A stretch of DNA of 64,000 bases from Candidatus Multivorans sp. (GCA_965247095.1 OZ251997.1:1440001-1504000); one strand, 5' to 3'. Positions 36,928 through 47,322 are shown, counted from the stretch's first letter. Translations and numbers: made by a program. The notes: generated from the sequence alone by a model not told the origin.

Positions 36928-38565
36928 CTACTCCCCAGCCAGGCCGAACACAAAGACGACGTTCCCCATCGCGACGACGACCCGTTGCTCGCCAGAGGCG
37001 GCGTAGGTCATCGGCGAGGCGTGCGGCGCGGCGCCGAGCGAGATCCGCCACAGCGGCTCCCCGGTCTCCTCGTCCAGGGCGAAGAAGTAGCCGTCGACGC
37101 TGGCGCTCCAGACCAGGCCGCCGGCCGTGGCCAGGACGCCGCTGCGGGTTCTCGGCGTGATCGGGAACTCCCAGCGCACCTCGCCGGTCACAGCCTCGAC
37201 CGCCCGGATGGCGCTCTGGTAGTGCTCGGTCGGTTTTGCCATTCGCATGCCGCCGCCGAGGAAGTTGCTGCCCTCCACGTACTCGTCGTCACGCTGGTAG
37301 TAGATGGCCTCGCCGTCGAAGGCGTTCACGTAGAGCAGCCCCGTTTGCGGACTGTAGGCCGGCGACCACCAGTTCGTGGCGCCGCCGGCCATCGGCGCGA
37401 TGAGGGTGCCCTCCTCGGTCGGAAACACGTTCTCGCGCAGCAGCGGCCGCCCTTCCTCGTCGAGTCCGTCGGCCCAGTTCTGCATGGCGAACGCCTCCCC
37501 GAGCACGAACTTGCCGTTCTGCCGGTTCAGCAGGTAGTAGAAGGCGTTCCGGTTGGCCCACAGCATCGCCTTCATCGGCTCGCCGGAGACTTCAACCTCA
37601 GCCAGCACCGGCACCTGGATCGCGTCCCAGTCCCAGACGTCGTGGGGCGTGAACTGAAAGTGCCAGACGATCTTCCCGGTCTTCCCGTCGAGCGCCAGCA
37701 CCGACGACGAGTACAGATTGTCGCCGAGCCGCAGGTCGCCGTTCCAGTCCGGCGCCGGGTTGCCTGTGCCCCAGTAGATGAGGTCGAGATCCGGGTCGTA
37801 GACGCCGGTGAGCCAAGTCGGCGCGCCGCCCGTACGCCAGGAGTCACCCGCCCAGGTGTCGTTGTGCGGCTCGCCAGGGCCCGGGACCGTGTAGGTACGC
37901 CACCTGCGTTCGCCGGTCGCGGCGTCGTAGCCGTCGATGAAGCCGCGGATGCCGTACTCGCCACCGGCGATGCCGGTAACGACCGTGTCGCCGACGACGA
38001 GCGGCGCCGAGGTTTTGCTGTAGCCCTTCGTGTGCTCTTCGACCTCCGTTTCCCACAGCAGGGAGCCGGAGCGCGCGTCGATCGCCACCAGGTGGGCGTC
38101 GTTCGTGCTCATGTAGAGCGTCTCGCCCAGGATCGCGACACCCCGGTTGTTGCGACCGCAGCAGACCCGGATGTCATCCGGCACCGGGTGTTCGTAGCGC
38201 CAGTAGGGGCGCCCCGTCGCCGCATCGACGGCGGTCACGTTGCTGGGCGACTCGGTGATGAACATCAGGCCGTCGACCACCAGGGGCGTCGTCTCGTTCC
38301 GGTCGAGCTGCCGGATCTGGTGGGCCCACTTCAGTTCGAGCCGACCGACGTTCTCGCGGTCGATCTGGTCGAGGCGGCTGAAACGCTGCCCATGCAAGGC
38401 GCCGTGGTACATCAGCCAGTTGTGCGGCTCGTCGTCCGAGTTCAACAGCCGATCCCAGGTCACCGGCGACAGCACCGGTGCTCCCTCACCGACCCCTTCC
38501 TGGGCCAGGAGGACCGGCGCGGAGGCCAGCAGCAGGATGGCCGGCGCCGCGATGAGCCACCTCAC
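36928..38565 (-). CDS. PQQ-dependent dehydrogenase, methanol/ethanol family-like
   Basis: ETTPLVVDG, vicinal CC (VCCGRNNRG), GEYGIRG, WGTGNP, TPHDVWDWD, GATNW. Confidence 0.9.
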   Translation of the reverse strand: MRWLIAAPAILLLASAPVLLAQEGVGEGAPVLSPVTWDRLLNSDDEPHNWLMYHGALHGQRFSRLDQIDRENVGRLELKWAHQIRQLDRNETTPLVVDGLMFITESPSNVTAVDAATGRPYWRYEHPVPDDIRVCCGRNNRGVAILGETLYMSTNDAHLVAIDARSGSLLWETEVEEHTKGYSKTSAPLVVGDTVVTGIAGGEYGIRGFIDGYDAATGERRWRTYTVPGPGEPHNDTWAGDSWRTGGAPTWLTGVYDPDLDLIYWGTGNPAPDWNGDLRLGDNLYSSSVLALDGKTGKIVWHFQFTPHDVWDWDAIQVPVLAEVEVSGEPMKAMLWANRNAFYYLLNRQNGKFVLGEAFAMQNWADGLDEEGRPLLRENVFPTEEGTLIAPMAGGATNWWSPAYSPQTGLLYVNAFDGEAIYYQRDDEYVEGSNFLGGGMRMAKPTEHYQSAIRAVEAVTGEVRWEFPITPRTRSGVLATAGGLVWSASVDGYFFALDEETGEPLWRISLGAAPHASPMTYAASGEQRVVVAMGNVVFVFGLAGE

Positions 38566-39365
38566 GATTCGCTCCTCCGAAGCGAGGACAGATAGGCGAC
38601 CAGGTCGTCGCGCTCTTCGTCCGAAAGCGGCTCCACCGGCATCGACGATTCCTCTATCCGCTCGACCTTGCCAACCGCCGCCTTCGAGAAGGATCGGAGC
38701 TCGTCGTCACCGTCCATCATCCGCAGGTTGAACGTGTCCTCGCCCATCCTCAGGCCCTCGATCACGGCGCCGTCGGCGCGCGTGACCCGCAGCGTCCACC
38801 AGCGCGGCGCGACCTCGGCATTCGGTTCCGTCAGGTCCTCAACCAACTCTGTGGGGTTGCGCCGCTCGCCGACCCTCGACAGATCGGGACCGAGACGGCC
38901 GCCGCGGCCGTGAACCATGTGGCAGCGGCCGCAGTCGAAACGCTCGAACGCTTCCCTGCCGGCCTCCACCGACCCGGGAAGGGAGGCAAGATCGACGGCA
39001 TCCGAGAGCGAACCAAGGTAGGTGACCAACTGCCAGATCACCTGGTCCTTGGCGCGCCGCAAGCCCCGCATCGAGGTGCCCTCGACGCCATTCCGGATGA
39101 CCCGGTAGAGCCCGGCGTCCGTCGTCGCGTGCCGGAATCGCCCGGTCGTGAGGTCCGGGCCGTCGCCCTCCTCTCCCCCGGTGCCGAGCAGCCCGTGGCA
39201 ACTGACGCATCTCAACCCGTACTGCCGTGCTCCCATCCGGGCGTCGACGCTGCTGGTGTACGGGTTCTCCGGTCCCTCCGCGGTTTGCCCGATGGCTACG
39301 ACCGGCAGGAAAAGCAACAGCGCGACCGCTACGCCAGCAAAGCGGGCTTGGCTGCGGCCAGCCAC
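38562..39365 (-). CDS. Diheme c-type cytochrome, partner of the PQQ dehydrogenase
   Basis: Signal peptide; CVSCH and CGRCH, GPDL motifs, SSMP; GTGA overlap with the dehydrogenase. Confidence 0.85.
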   Translation of the reverse strand: MAGRSQARFAGVAVALLLFLPVVAIGQTAEGPENPYTSSVDARMGARQYGLRCVSCHGLLGTGGEEGDGPDLTTGRFRHATTDAGLYRVIRNGVEGTSMRGLRRAKDQVIWQLVTYLGSLSDAVDLASLPGSVEAGREAFERFDCGRCHMVHGRGGRLGPDLSRVGERRNPTELVEDLTEPNAEVAPRWWTLRVTRADGAVIEGLRMGEDTFNLRMMDGDDELRSFSKAAVGKVERIEESSMPVEPLSDEERDDLVAYLSSLRRSES

Positions 39366-39367
39366 TG

Positions 39368-40447
39368 CTACTCCCCACCGCCCTCCGTCTCCGGCCGCCG
39401 CTTCGGTTCCACCTTCGCCACCGCGAGCAGCGACTCCACGCAGTCGCGCAGCGACTCGTCGAAGGGCCGGAACTCGATACCCGTGGCCGCCCGCATCCGG
39501 TCGTTGCGCAGTTCGCAGCCGGCCCAGATCCCGCGCAGTTCCTCCTCCCGTTTCTGCACGTGCTCGGGATGGGGATCCACCACCTCCGGCGTGGCGTGGC
39601 GGATCTCCGGCAGCAGGCGATCGATGCCGGCGTTGATCTCCTCCACCGGCACGGCGTCCGTCGACCAGGCGATGAAGCGTTCGCCGTTGTGCACGTCGAC
39701 ACTCTCGAGCAGCCGGATGTGGCACTCCGCGTCGTCGCGGACATCGACCGTCATCCAGGGCCGGTAGGCCTGGGTCTGCGTGCACGAGCCGCTCAGCATC
39801 AACTCGATGTTGTGCTGCCAGGGCCCCTTGTCCTTCTGGTGCGCCGACAGGATAGGGCCGACGTTGTCGCCTGGGCAGCAGGTGATCGCGTCCCAGCGGC
39901 CGCTCTTCTCCGCCGCGTCGGTGAAGGCCCGCTGAGCGTAGACCTTGCTCATCGAGTATCCGTGGCCGCGCTCCGGCGTGCGCTTCGGGTTCGCTTCGTC
40001 CGGATAGCGGTCCTCGTACAGGACGGGCCGCCGGACGAACTCGTAGATGTCGGCCTCCATGATGATTGCGGCGATGCTCGAGGTGACGACAACGCGCGTC
40101 ACCGACCCCGACTTCTCGATACTCGCGACAATGTGGACGCAAACCTTCTTGACGTAGTCGAAGTCGTCGTAGTCGCTGACGTGCGCGATGTGTGCGACGC
40201 CGTGGCAACCGGCGAAGATGTCGTCGAAGCAGCCCGCCTCGTCCAGGTTCGCGGAGTGGATGGTCAGCCGGCCCGAGGCGTACCCCGGCATCTCGCGCAG
40301 AAAGGTCGTCTTCTCCGGGTCGTTCGCGTCCCGCACACAGGCGCGCACCCGGTAGCCCTTGTCCAGTAGCAGGCGGACCGCCCAGCCGCCGACGAAACCG
40401 GCGCTGCCCGTGACCGCGACCGTGCCGCCCTTCGGTATCGGAGCCAT
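39368..40447 (-). CDS. NAD-dependent epimerase/dehydratase (dihydroflavonol reductase-like SDR)
   Basis: VTGSAGFVG, VVVTSS, YSMSK, VDVRD; start at MAPIPK after a ggag RBS. Confidence 0.85.
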   Translation of the reverse strand: MAPIPKGGTVAVTGSAGFVGGWAVRLLLDKGYRVRACVRDANDPEKTTFLREMPGYASGRLTIHSANLDEAGCFDDIFAGCHGVAHIAHVSDYDDFDYVKKVCVHIVASIEKSGSVTRVVVTSSIAAIIMEADIYEFVRRPVLYEDRYPDEANPKRTPERGHGYSMSKVYAQRAFTDAAEKSGRWDAITCCPGDNVGPILSAHQKDKGPWQHNIELMLSGSCTQTQAYRPWMTVDVRDDAECHIRLLESVDVHNGERFIAWSTDAVPVEEINAGIDRLLPEIRHATPEVVDPHPEHVQKREEELRGIWAGCELRNDRMRAATGIEFRPFDESLRDCVESLLAVAKVEPKRRPETEGGGE

Positions 40448-40605
40448 CTCGCTTTCTCCTTCGGTTGGTTCGCGCGACGATACCCGACCGGGATGCGGAA
40501 TCGCGCGTGTGTGTAGTGCGAACCGGCGCATGGTGCTAGCGTTGCCTGGTTGGCCCACTGGGCGCCTCTTCGAAAGGCCCTGCCGTCAACGCGTTCGCTT
40601 CGCGC

Positions 40606-41247
40606 ATGTCCGACCTCCGCAGTGCCCTGACTGCCTCTGTCCTGCTGCCGGGAACCGATCCCGGCGCCGACTGCTCGACTCGGCGCAGCGAGAACAACGA
40701 CGCCGGCGAGCGGGTCCAATGCGGCGACCACGTCTACGAGTTGCGCCGCCTGCGGCCCGAAAACCGCGACGACATCGTGAGCCTCGCCCGCGCCCTGCCC
40801 GAGATCGACCTGCAGTTCCTGCGCTCCGACCTCACCGATCCGGACGTGGTCGAGGGCTGGATCCGCGACGCCAGTTCCGGCAGCCGTTTCACGACCCTGG
40901 CCTACTACGAGGACGAGCTGGTGGGCTATGGAAGCCTGAATCTGCGGGACCTGCAGTGGATGAGCCACCTGGGCGAGATCCGCGTGATCATCGCGGAAGG
41001 CCACCGACGTTCCGGTCTAGGCCGCGTCCTGACCCAGCGCGTGTTCGACACGGCGCGCGACCTGGGCCTGCTCAAGCTCGTGGCGCAGATGACGCGCGAG
41101 CAGATCGGCGCCCGCCGGCTCTTCGAACGGCTCGGCTTCTCGCCCGAGGCCCTGCTCACGGACTGGGTGATCGACCGCTCCGGGCGTACCCGCGACATGA
41201 TGATCATGTCGTTCGACGTGGACGCGGAGAACCGGAGCGGCACCTGA
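40606..41247 (+). CDS. GNAT family N-acetyltransferase
   Basis: HRRSGLGR acetyl-CoA motif, LFERLGF. Confidence 0.8.
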   Translation: MSDLRSALTASVLLPGTDPGADCSTRRSENNDAGERVQCGDHVYELRRLRPENRDDIVSLARALPEIDLQFLRSDLTDPDVVEGWIRDASSGSRFTTLAYYEDELVGYGSLNLRDLQWMSHLGEIRVIIAEGHRRSGLGRVLTQRVFDTARDLGLLKLVAQMTREQIGARRLFERLGFSPEALLTDWVIDRSGRTRDMMIMSFDVDAENRSGT

Positions 41248-42053
41248 GTCAGCGAAAGCGGCGCCGCATCCGCGTCGTCTCCTGGAACGTGAACGGCCTG
41301 CGCGCCTGCGCGCGCAAGGGCTTCCTCGACTGGCTCGGGACCAGCCGGGCGCAGATCGTCGGCCTGCAGGAGACCAAGGCCCGCGCCGAACAGTTGCTGC
41401 CGGAGCTGCGGAAGCCGAGCCGCTGGCACACGGCCTTCTCCAGCGCTGAGCGCCCCGGCTACTCGGGCGTCGGCCTCTATTCACGCCTGGAACCCGCTTG
41501 GGTCCAAACCTCGCTGGGCGAGCACCGCTTCGACGCGGAGGGCAGACTGCAACTGGCCCTGTTCGGCAAGCTGCTGGTGGCCAACGTCTACTTCCCCAAG
41601 GGCAGCGGCAGCAAGCGCGACAACAGCCGGGTGCCGTACAAGCTGGACTTCTACCGGGCGCTGTTCGACCAGCTCGACCAGGCCCGTGAAGCCGGCTATC
41701 GCGTCCTGGTGATGGGCGACTTCAACACCGCGCCGCAGCCGATCGACCTGGCGCGGCCGAAGCAGAACGTCCGCAACTCGGGCTTCCTGCCGGAAGAACG
41801 CGAGGAACTCCAGCGGTGGCTCGACGCCGGCTGGATCGACACTTTCCGCAGCCTGCACCCGGACACGGTCCGCTATAGCTGGTGGCGACAGGCCTTCAAT
41901 GCTCGCGAGCGGAACGTCGGCTGGCGGATCGACCTGGTGCTGGCCTCGGAAGCCGCGATGCGCTTCGTCGATCGTGCCTTCATCGCCACGGAGATCGCCG
42001 GGGCCGACCACTGCCCGGTGGGTGTCGATCTCAACGCTGAGGTGCTGGCGTGA
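41244..42053 (+). CDS. xth: Exodeoxyribonuclease III (probable CTG start)
   Basis: SWNVNGLRA, LQETKA, GYSGV, NVYFP, GDFN, GWRIDL, DHCP. Confidence 0.92.
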   Translation: MSQRKRRRIRVVSWNVNGLRACARKGFLDWLGTSRAQIVGLQETKARAEQLLPELRKPSRWHTAFSSAERPGYSGVGLYSRLEPAWVQTSLGEHRFDAEGRLQLALFGKLLVANVYFPKGSGSKRDNSRVPYKLDFYRALFDQLDQAREAGYRVLVMGDFNTAPQPIDLARPKQNVRNSGFLPEEREELQRWLDAGWIDTFRSLHPDTVRYSWWRQAFNARERNVGWRIDLVLASEAAMRFVDRAFIATEIAGADHCPVGVDLNAEVLA

Positions 42054-42967
42054 GCGAAGCGCGCTCGGCGCCGAGCCGGGCGACCACTGCGAAGGGCATC
42101 CGGCGCCGGATGGCCGGCTTCGCGACGCCGGAGGGCCTGGCGCGGGGACGGAGCTTCCGGCTGCGGCCGACCGACATCCTGATCGCCACCTATCCCAAGG
42201 CCGGTACGACCCTGATGCAGCAGATCGTCCACGGGCTGCGCACCGGCGGCGACATGGACTTCGGCGAGATCACGGAGGTCGTGCCCTGGCTCGAACTCGC
42301 CCACGACCTCGGCCTCGACCTCGACGCCCCGCAGCGCGCCGAACCGAGGGCCTTCAAGACCCACTTCGACTGGAACGAAGCGCCGAAGGGTGGCCGCACG
42401 CTCTACGTTGTCCGCGACCCGGCCGACTCCCTGGTCTCCTTCTTCCACTTCTTCAACGGCTGGGTGTTCGAAGCCGGAAGCGTCTCGATCGAGGACTTCG
42501 CTCTCGAGTACGTGCACCGCGGCTCGCGCAGCGGCCGGTACTGGGATCACCTCGTGTCCTGGTGGCCCCGCCGCCTCGACCCCGACACCCTCTGGCTCTG
42601 CTTCGAGGACATCGTCGCCGACCTCCCCGCCGCCACAGCTCGCGTGGACCGATTCCTGGGCCTCGACCCGGAGCGCCCGAACGTCGAGATCGCGACCCGT
42701 CAGGCGTCAATCGACTTCATGCGCCGGCACGGCTCGAAGTTCGACGACAACCTGGTACGCCGCACCCGCAACGCCGCGTGCGGCCTGCCCGCAGACGCAG
42801 GCAGCACGAAGGTCCGCAAGGGCCGTGTCGGCGACAGCAAGCGGGAACTGCCGGCCAGGGTCGCCGAAGTGTGGCGCCGCGAATGGAGGCGGGTCGTCGA
42901 ACCGGCGACCGGATGCGCCTCGTACGCAGAACTCCGGGCGAAGGCGGCAGCTCTTCTCGACCGCTGA
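42050..42967 (+). CDS. Sulfotransferase domain protein
   Basis: TYPKAGTT PAPS loop, KTH, RDPADSLVS, RKGRVGD. Confidence 0.88.
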   Translation: MSEARSAPSRATTAKGIRRRMAGFATPEGLARGRSFRLRPTDILIATYPKAGTTLMQQIVHGLRTGGDMDFGEITEVVPWLELAHDLGLDLDAPQRAEPRAFKTHFDWNEAPKGGRTLYVVRDPADSLVSFFHFFNGWVFEAGSVSIEDFALEYVHRGSRSGRYWDHLVSWWPRRLDPDTLWLCFEDIVADLPAATARVDRFLGLDPERPNVEIATRQASIDFMRRHGSKFDDNLVRRTRNAACGLPADAGSTKVRKGRVGDSKRELPARVAEVWRREWRRVVEPATGCASYAELRAKAAALLDR

Positions 42968-42973
42968 TTGCTG

Positions 42974-43708
42974 CTACAGCAGGCCGCCCTCAGGCGCAGG
43001 GCGGGCGCGCTGGTTGTAGAGCATCTTCTTCAACCGCTCGCGTTCTTCGTCGGAAAGGTTCGTGTAGTCGATCGCCAGGTCGCTTGAGATCTCCATGCCT
43101 CGCTGGACCGCCGGGCGGGCGCTGAGTTCCTCGAACCAGCGCTTGAAGTACGGGAACTCGTCGATGTCCTGCTCCTGGTCCTGCCAGCGGACCGTCCACG
43201 GGTAGCAGATCATGTCGGCGATCGTGTACTCGTCACCGATCAGATAGCGGCGGTCGTAGAGGCGGTTGTTCATCACCCCGTAGAGCCGGTTCACCTCGTC
43301 GGTGAAGCGTCGTACGGCGTAGCTCTGGTCGCCCTCGGTGTCGCCGAGGCGGCGGAAGTGGCCGCACTCGCCCGACTTCGGCCCCTGGTTCGCCATCTGC
43401 CAGATGAGCCACTGGTTCACTTCGTGTCGGCCGCGCAGATCCTCCGGGTAGAAGCGACCCGCCTTCTCCGCGATGTAGATCATGATCGCGCCGGACTCGA
43501 ACAGCGTAATCGAACCGCCGCCGTCCGCCGGCTCGTGGTCGACCATCGCCGGCATGCGGTTGTTGGGCGAGATCTGGAGGAACTCGTCCTTGAACTGGTC
43601 CCCGAAGCCGATCCGGCAGGGCACGATGCGGTACGGCAGCCCGCACTCCTCCAGCAGGATCGTGACCTTCTTGCCGTTCGGTGTCGGCCAGTAGTGCAGA
43701 TCGATCAT
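42974..43708 (-). CDS. Glutathione S-transferase, YfcG/YghU-like
   Basis: YWPTPNGKK, SPNNRMP, FESGAI, YTIADM. Confidence 0.9.
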   Translation of the reverse strand: MIDLHYWPTPNGKKVTILLEECGLPYRIVPCRIGFGDQFKDEFLQISPNNRMPAMVDHEPADGGGSITLFESGAIMIYIAEKAGRFYPEDLRGRHEVNQWLIWQMANQGPKSGECGHFRRLGDTEGDQSYAVRRFTDEVNRLYGVMNNRLYDRRYLIGDEYTIADMICYPWTVRWQDQEQDIDEFPYFKRWFEELSARPAVQRGMEISSDLAIDYTNLSDEERERLKKMLYNQRARPAPEGGLL

Positions 43709-43836
43709 CGCGCGCCCTCTCTCTAGTAGTCGCAGGATCGGCCCGCGAGAATAGCCCAGCGACGGCAAGGCGGAAGCGCCGGAACCTCCGTCAGACGGCC
43801 CTGCCGTAGGATGGGCGGCGTCGCACGGAAACCGAC

Positions 43837-45684
43837 ATGCTCACTCGATTCACGATCAAGGGCTTCAAGCGCTTCCGCGACTCAATGACCGTCGACCTCG
43901 AGGACGTCACGGTTCTGGTTGGCGCCAACAACAGCGGCAAGTCCACGGTTCTCCAAGCGCTGACGCTGTTTCAGTACTGCATCGAGATCACGCGCAAGTT
44001 CAACGGTAACGGTCGTCGAGCCGAGGAGTTGTCCCTTGCCAGTCGCACCATTGGGTTTGACGAGTTCGGGGTGTTGCCGGTCGCCCATCCCGGTGACCTT
44101 TGGCCCAATGGTCAGATGTCTCAGAAAGGCAAACAGAGGCCGATCTCACTACGGGCCACCTTCGCCAACGACGCTCATGTCGAGTTCCAGCTCGCGATCA
44201 GCTTCAACCGCTTGAGTATCAGGCCAATCACCAAAGGGGCGTGGCGAGAAGCGATCGGTCGCGGCGACATTCGCCTGATCCCCATCTTCGCGGGCTTCCT
44301 CCCTCAGGAGGAGTATCTGACGCCGCCCGCCCGGCAGGATCGGCTGCGTCTGCAGCGGCACGGCGAGATGGTCCGCAACCAACGGTGGGGCCTCCAACAG
44401 GAGGAACCGAAACGATGGGATCAACTCCGCGCGCTTCTGGCTGAGCTCTTTCCCGAGAGCCGAATCGACGTCGACTTCAACCTTGACATCGACCGATTCC
44501 TTAGGGCCACATACCGGGACGAAGCCCTACGGCGCAGGAGCGACGTGATCACGGCAGGTTCCGGTTTCCACCAAGCTCTTCAAATCCTGGCGTCCGTACT
44601 AACGCCGGGGACCGCGTTGTTCCTCCTCGATGAACCGGACGCCCATCTTCACGCGCGCCTGCAGGGGCAACTGATGGGGATTCTAGGGCGTCTGGCGCAT
44701 GAGGCGCCGCAGCAGTTCGTCCTGGCCACGCACTCGCCGCAGCTCATGAATGCGGCCCCGACCGGCTCGGTCCGAGTCTGCATGGGAGGTCGGGCCGTGC
44801 CGCTGTCCGTACAGCCCGAGCAACTCCAGTTGCTGGGCGACCTGGGCGCCATGGACCAGATGGAACTGGTGCCTCTGCTGTTGAATCGCGCCGTCGTCTT
44901 CGTCGAGAACAAGAGCGACCGAAAACTGCTGGAGGCCTTCGCCCGTAAGCACTGGGACTCGCAGAGGCAGCAGGCCGTCTGGCGGGATCTGACGTTCCTC
45001 TACACGTACCAGGGACCGATCGAGGCCCGTGTCCTCGACCTGGCGCGCCAGGTACGCGACATCGCCTCAAGTCCCATAGCGGAGAGTTCCGCACCAATGA
45101 AGTTCGTGGCGATAGGAGATCGGGATCACCGCACGGACAAAGCGCGCAGAAGAGCCCTGCGAGATCGGAACGCTCGCGCAAAGAGCGACACGTGCAAGCT
45201 CGACTTCAGGTTGGTGCTCTGGGAGGAGAACGAGATCGAGAACTATCTCCTCGACCGCGAGGCGATCCTGCGCCTGCTCGATTCTCAAGCCGCGGAGGCG
45301 CGACGGAAAGGCGAATGGGGCAAGCTGCGGAGGGAGTTCGCGCTCGAATGGGATCGCCTGTTGAGAGATCAGAGCGAGAGCATCTGGGAGCGAGTTGCCG
45401 ACCGACTGCATCGTGAGGATCGCCGCCTGGCTCTGGTGACCGCGATGGACCGCGCTCGAGGCGAGGTCCAACTCAGCGACGAGAACCTGGCCCACTGGTG
45501 CGATGCAAAGACAATGCTGAGCAAGCTGCGGCGCTGGCTCCAGGAACGGGGATTCGCGTCCCACCTGACGCCGGAAGAGATCATCGAGCAGATGACAGTC
45601 GTGCCGCCGGATGTCCAGAAGACGCTGCGCCTGCTGCAACGGCTCAAGCCGCCACGCAGCCGCGCCAGCTCGGTACCGGCGTAG
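43837..45684 (+). CDS. OLD-family-like ABC ATPase plus TOPRIM nuclease
   Basis: GANNSGKST, LDEPDAHLH, ATHSP, FVENKSD, GDRD, EIENYL; codon usage differs from neighbours. Confidence 0.8.
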   Translation: MLTRFTIKGFKRFRDSMTVDLEDVTVLVGANNSGKSTVLQALTLFQYCIEITRKFNGNGRRAEELSLASRTIGFDEFGVLPVAHPGDLWPNGQMSQKGKQRPISLRATFANDAHVEFQLAISFNRLSIRPITKGAWREAIGRGDIRLIPIFAGFLPQEEYLTPPARQDRLRLQRHGEMVRNQRWGLQQEEPKRWDQLRALLAELFPESRIDVDFNLDIDRFLRATYRDEALRRRSDVITAGSGFHQALQILASVLTPGTALFLLDEPDAHLHARLQGQLMGILGRLAHEAPQQFVLATHSPQLMNAAPTGSVRVCMGGRAVPLSVQPEQLQLLGDLGAMDQMELVPLLLNRAVVFVENKSDRKLLEAFARKHWDSQRQQAVWRDLTFLYTYQGPIEARVLDLARQVRDIASSPIAESSAPMKFVAIGDRDHRTDKARRRALRDRNARAKSDTCKLDFRLVLWEENEIENYLLDREAILRLLDSQAAEARRKGEWGKLRREFALEWDRLLRDQSESIWERVADRLHREDRRLALVTAMDRARGEVQLSDENLAHWCDAKTMLSKLRRWLQERGFASHLTPEEIIEQMTVVPPDVQKTLRLLQRLKPPRSRASSVPA

Positions 45685-45765
45685 GCCGCCGGCCGGCGAG
45701 TACCCCGGCCGCGATACGCTCTCGCTCGCCCCTCTACGCTCGCAGGCTCAACAGGAGGTAACCTG

Positions 45766-46374
45766 GTGCACAACCGCACGTCGACTCTCGCAACTACCAT
45801 CAGCACGCTCGCACTCGGCTTCATCGCGGCTGCCTCCACTGCAGCCGAACCGGCCGACGCCGCGGCGCAACTCGCTGCCGCGATCCAGGCGGCGCCCGAC
45901 GACCGCCGGGACGGCGCGCGGGTCCTGGGCTGGGACGACGACGGCAAGGTCGTCGAGTTGCGCGCGGGCAGCAACGATCTGGTCTGCCTGGCCGCCCGGC
46001 CGGGCGAGGAGCGCTGGAGCGTCGCCTGCTACCACAAGTCGCTGGAGCCCTTCATGGCCCGCGGCCGCGAGCTCCTGGCCCAGGGCATCACCGGCGAGGA
46101 GCGCATCGCGATGCGCGAAACGGAGATCGCCGAGGGCAAGCTGGCCATGCCGCGCGAGCCGCGCACCCTCTACGTCCTCCACGGCAGCGGCTTCGACGCC
46201 GAGGCCGGCAAGGTCGTCGATCCGTATCTGCGCTGGGTGATCTACACCCCTTACGCCACGCCGGAGTCGACCGGGCTCACGACCCGCCCCGTACCCGGCG
46301 CGCCCTGGCTGATGGCGCCCGGCACCGCGGGGGCCCACGTGATGATCAATCCGCCGCAGCCCGACCAGCAGTGA
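45766..46374 (+). CDS. Secreted hypothetical protein
   Basis: GGAGG RBS, signal peptide, PWLMAPGTAGAHVMI C-terminus. Confidence 0.75.
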   Translation: MHNRTSTLATTISTLALGFIAAASTAAEPADAAAQLAAAIQAAPDDRRDGARVLGWDDDGKVVELRAGSNDLVCLAARPGEERWSVACYHKSLEPFMARGRELLAQGITGEERIAMRETEIAEGKLAMPREPRTLYVLHGSGFDAEAGKVVDPYLRWVIYTPYATPESTGLTTRPVPGAPWLMAPGTAGAHVMINPPQPDQQ

Positions 46375-46399
46375 CCGCGGTCGCCACAACCGCTGCCAA

Positions 46400-47311
46400 A
46401 TGATGAGCACCGCCTTCAGCGACAGTCCCTTCCGGGACATTGTCGGCCCGTCGTCGCAGTTCTACATCTCGCAGCGCCTGCGGCTCCACTACCTGAGCTG
46501 GGGCAACGAGGACAAGCCGCCCCTGGTGCTGATCCACGGCGGCCGGGACCACGCGCACAACTGGGACTGGGTGGCGAACGCGCTGCGCTCCGACTACCAC
46601 ATCGTGGCCCCGGACCTGCGCGGCCACGGCGACAGCGAGTGGGCGATCGGCGGCATGTACGCGATCACCGACTTCGTGCTCGACATCGCGCAACTGCTCG
46701 AGGCGCTCGACCGCTTTCCGGTGCGCATCCTGGCCCACTCCCTGGGCGCGAACATCGCCCTCCACTACACCGGCCTCTACCCCGAGAACGTCCACAAGCT
46801 GGTGGCGATCGAGGGCATGGGGCCGCCCCCTCGAATCCTCAGCGACCGGGTCACCACGGCGGTCGATGAGCGCATGCGGGGCTGGATCGGAAGCATGCAG
46901 AAGCTCGCCGGGCGGCAACCGCGGCGCTACCCGTCGCTCGACGCCGCGGCCGAGCGGATGCAGGAGGTGAACAGCTTCCTGAGCCCCGAGCAGGCCCGCC
47001 ACCTCACGGTCAACGGCATGGCGCGCAACGAGGACGGCACCTACACCTGGAAGTTCGACAACTACGTCCGCTCGTTCCCGCCCTACCGCTACGACGAGGA
47101 GGAATTGCGCAGCATCTGGGGCCGGATCACCTGCCCCACCCTGCTGGTACGGGGCACGGAGAGCTGGGCCAGCGACCCGGTCGAGGACGGCCGAATCGAC
47201 GCGTTCCAGAACGCGGAGCGGCGCAACTTCCAAGGCGCCGGGCACTGGGTCCACCACGACCAGATCGACGAGTTCGTGGCTACGACCCGGGCCTTCCTGG
47301 CCGGCGACTAG
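46400..47311 (+). CDS. Alpha/beta hydrolase
   Basis: HGG, PDLRGHGDS, AHSLG, GHWVH. Confidence 0.9.
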   Translation: MMSTAFSDSPFRDIVGPSSQFYISQRLRLHYLSWGNEDKPPLVLIHGGRDHAHNWDWVANALRSDYHIVAPDLRGHGDSEWAIGGMYAITDFVLDIAQLLEALDRFPVRILAHSLGANIALHYTGLYPENVHKLVAIEGMGPPPRILSDRVTTAVDERMRGWIGSMQKLAGRQPRRYPSLDAAAERMQEVNSFLSPEQARHLTVNGMARNEDGTYTWKFDNYVRSFPPYRYDEEELRSIWGRITCPTLLVRGTESWASDPVEDGRIDAFQNAERRNFQGAGHWVHHDQIDEFVATTRAFLAGD

Positions 47312-47322
47312 CGGAGCGCACC

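Noticed and set aside
40359-41243. Apparent long N-terminal domain on Xth
   Set aside because: Alternate frame over the GNAT gene with low-complexity translation
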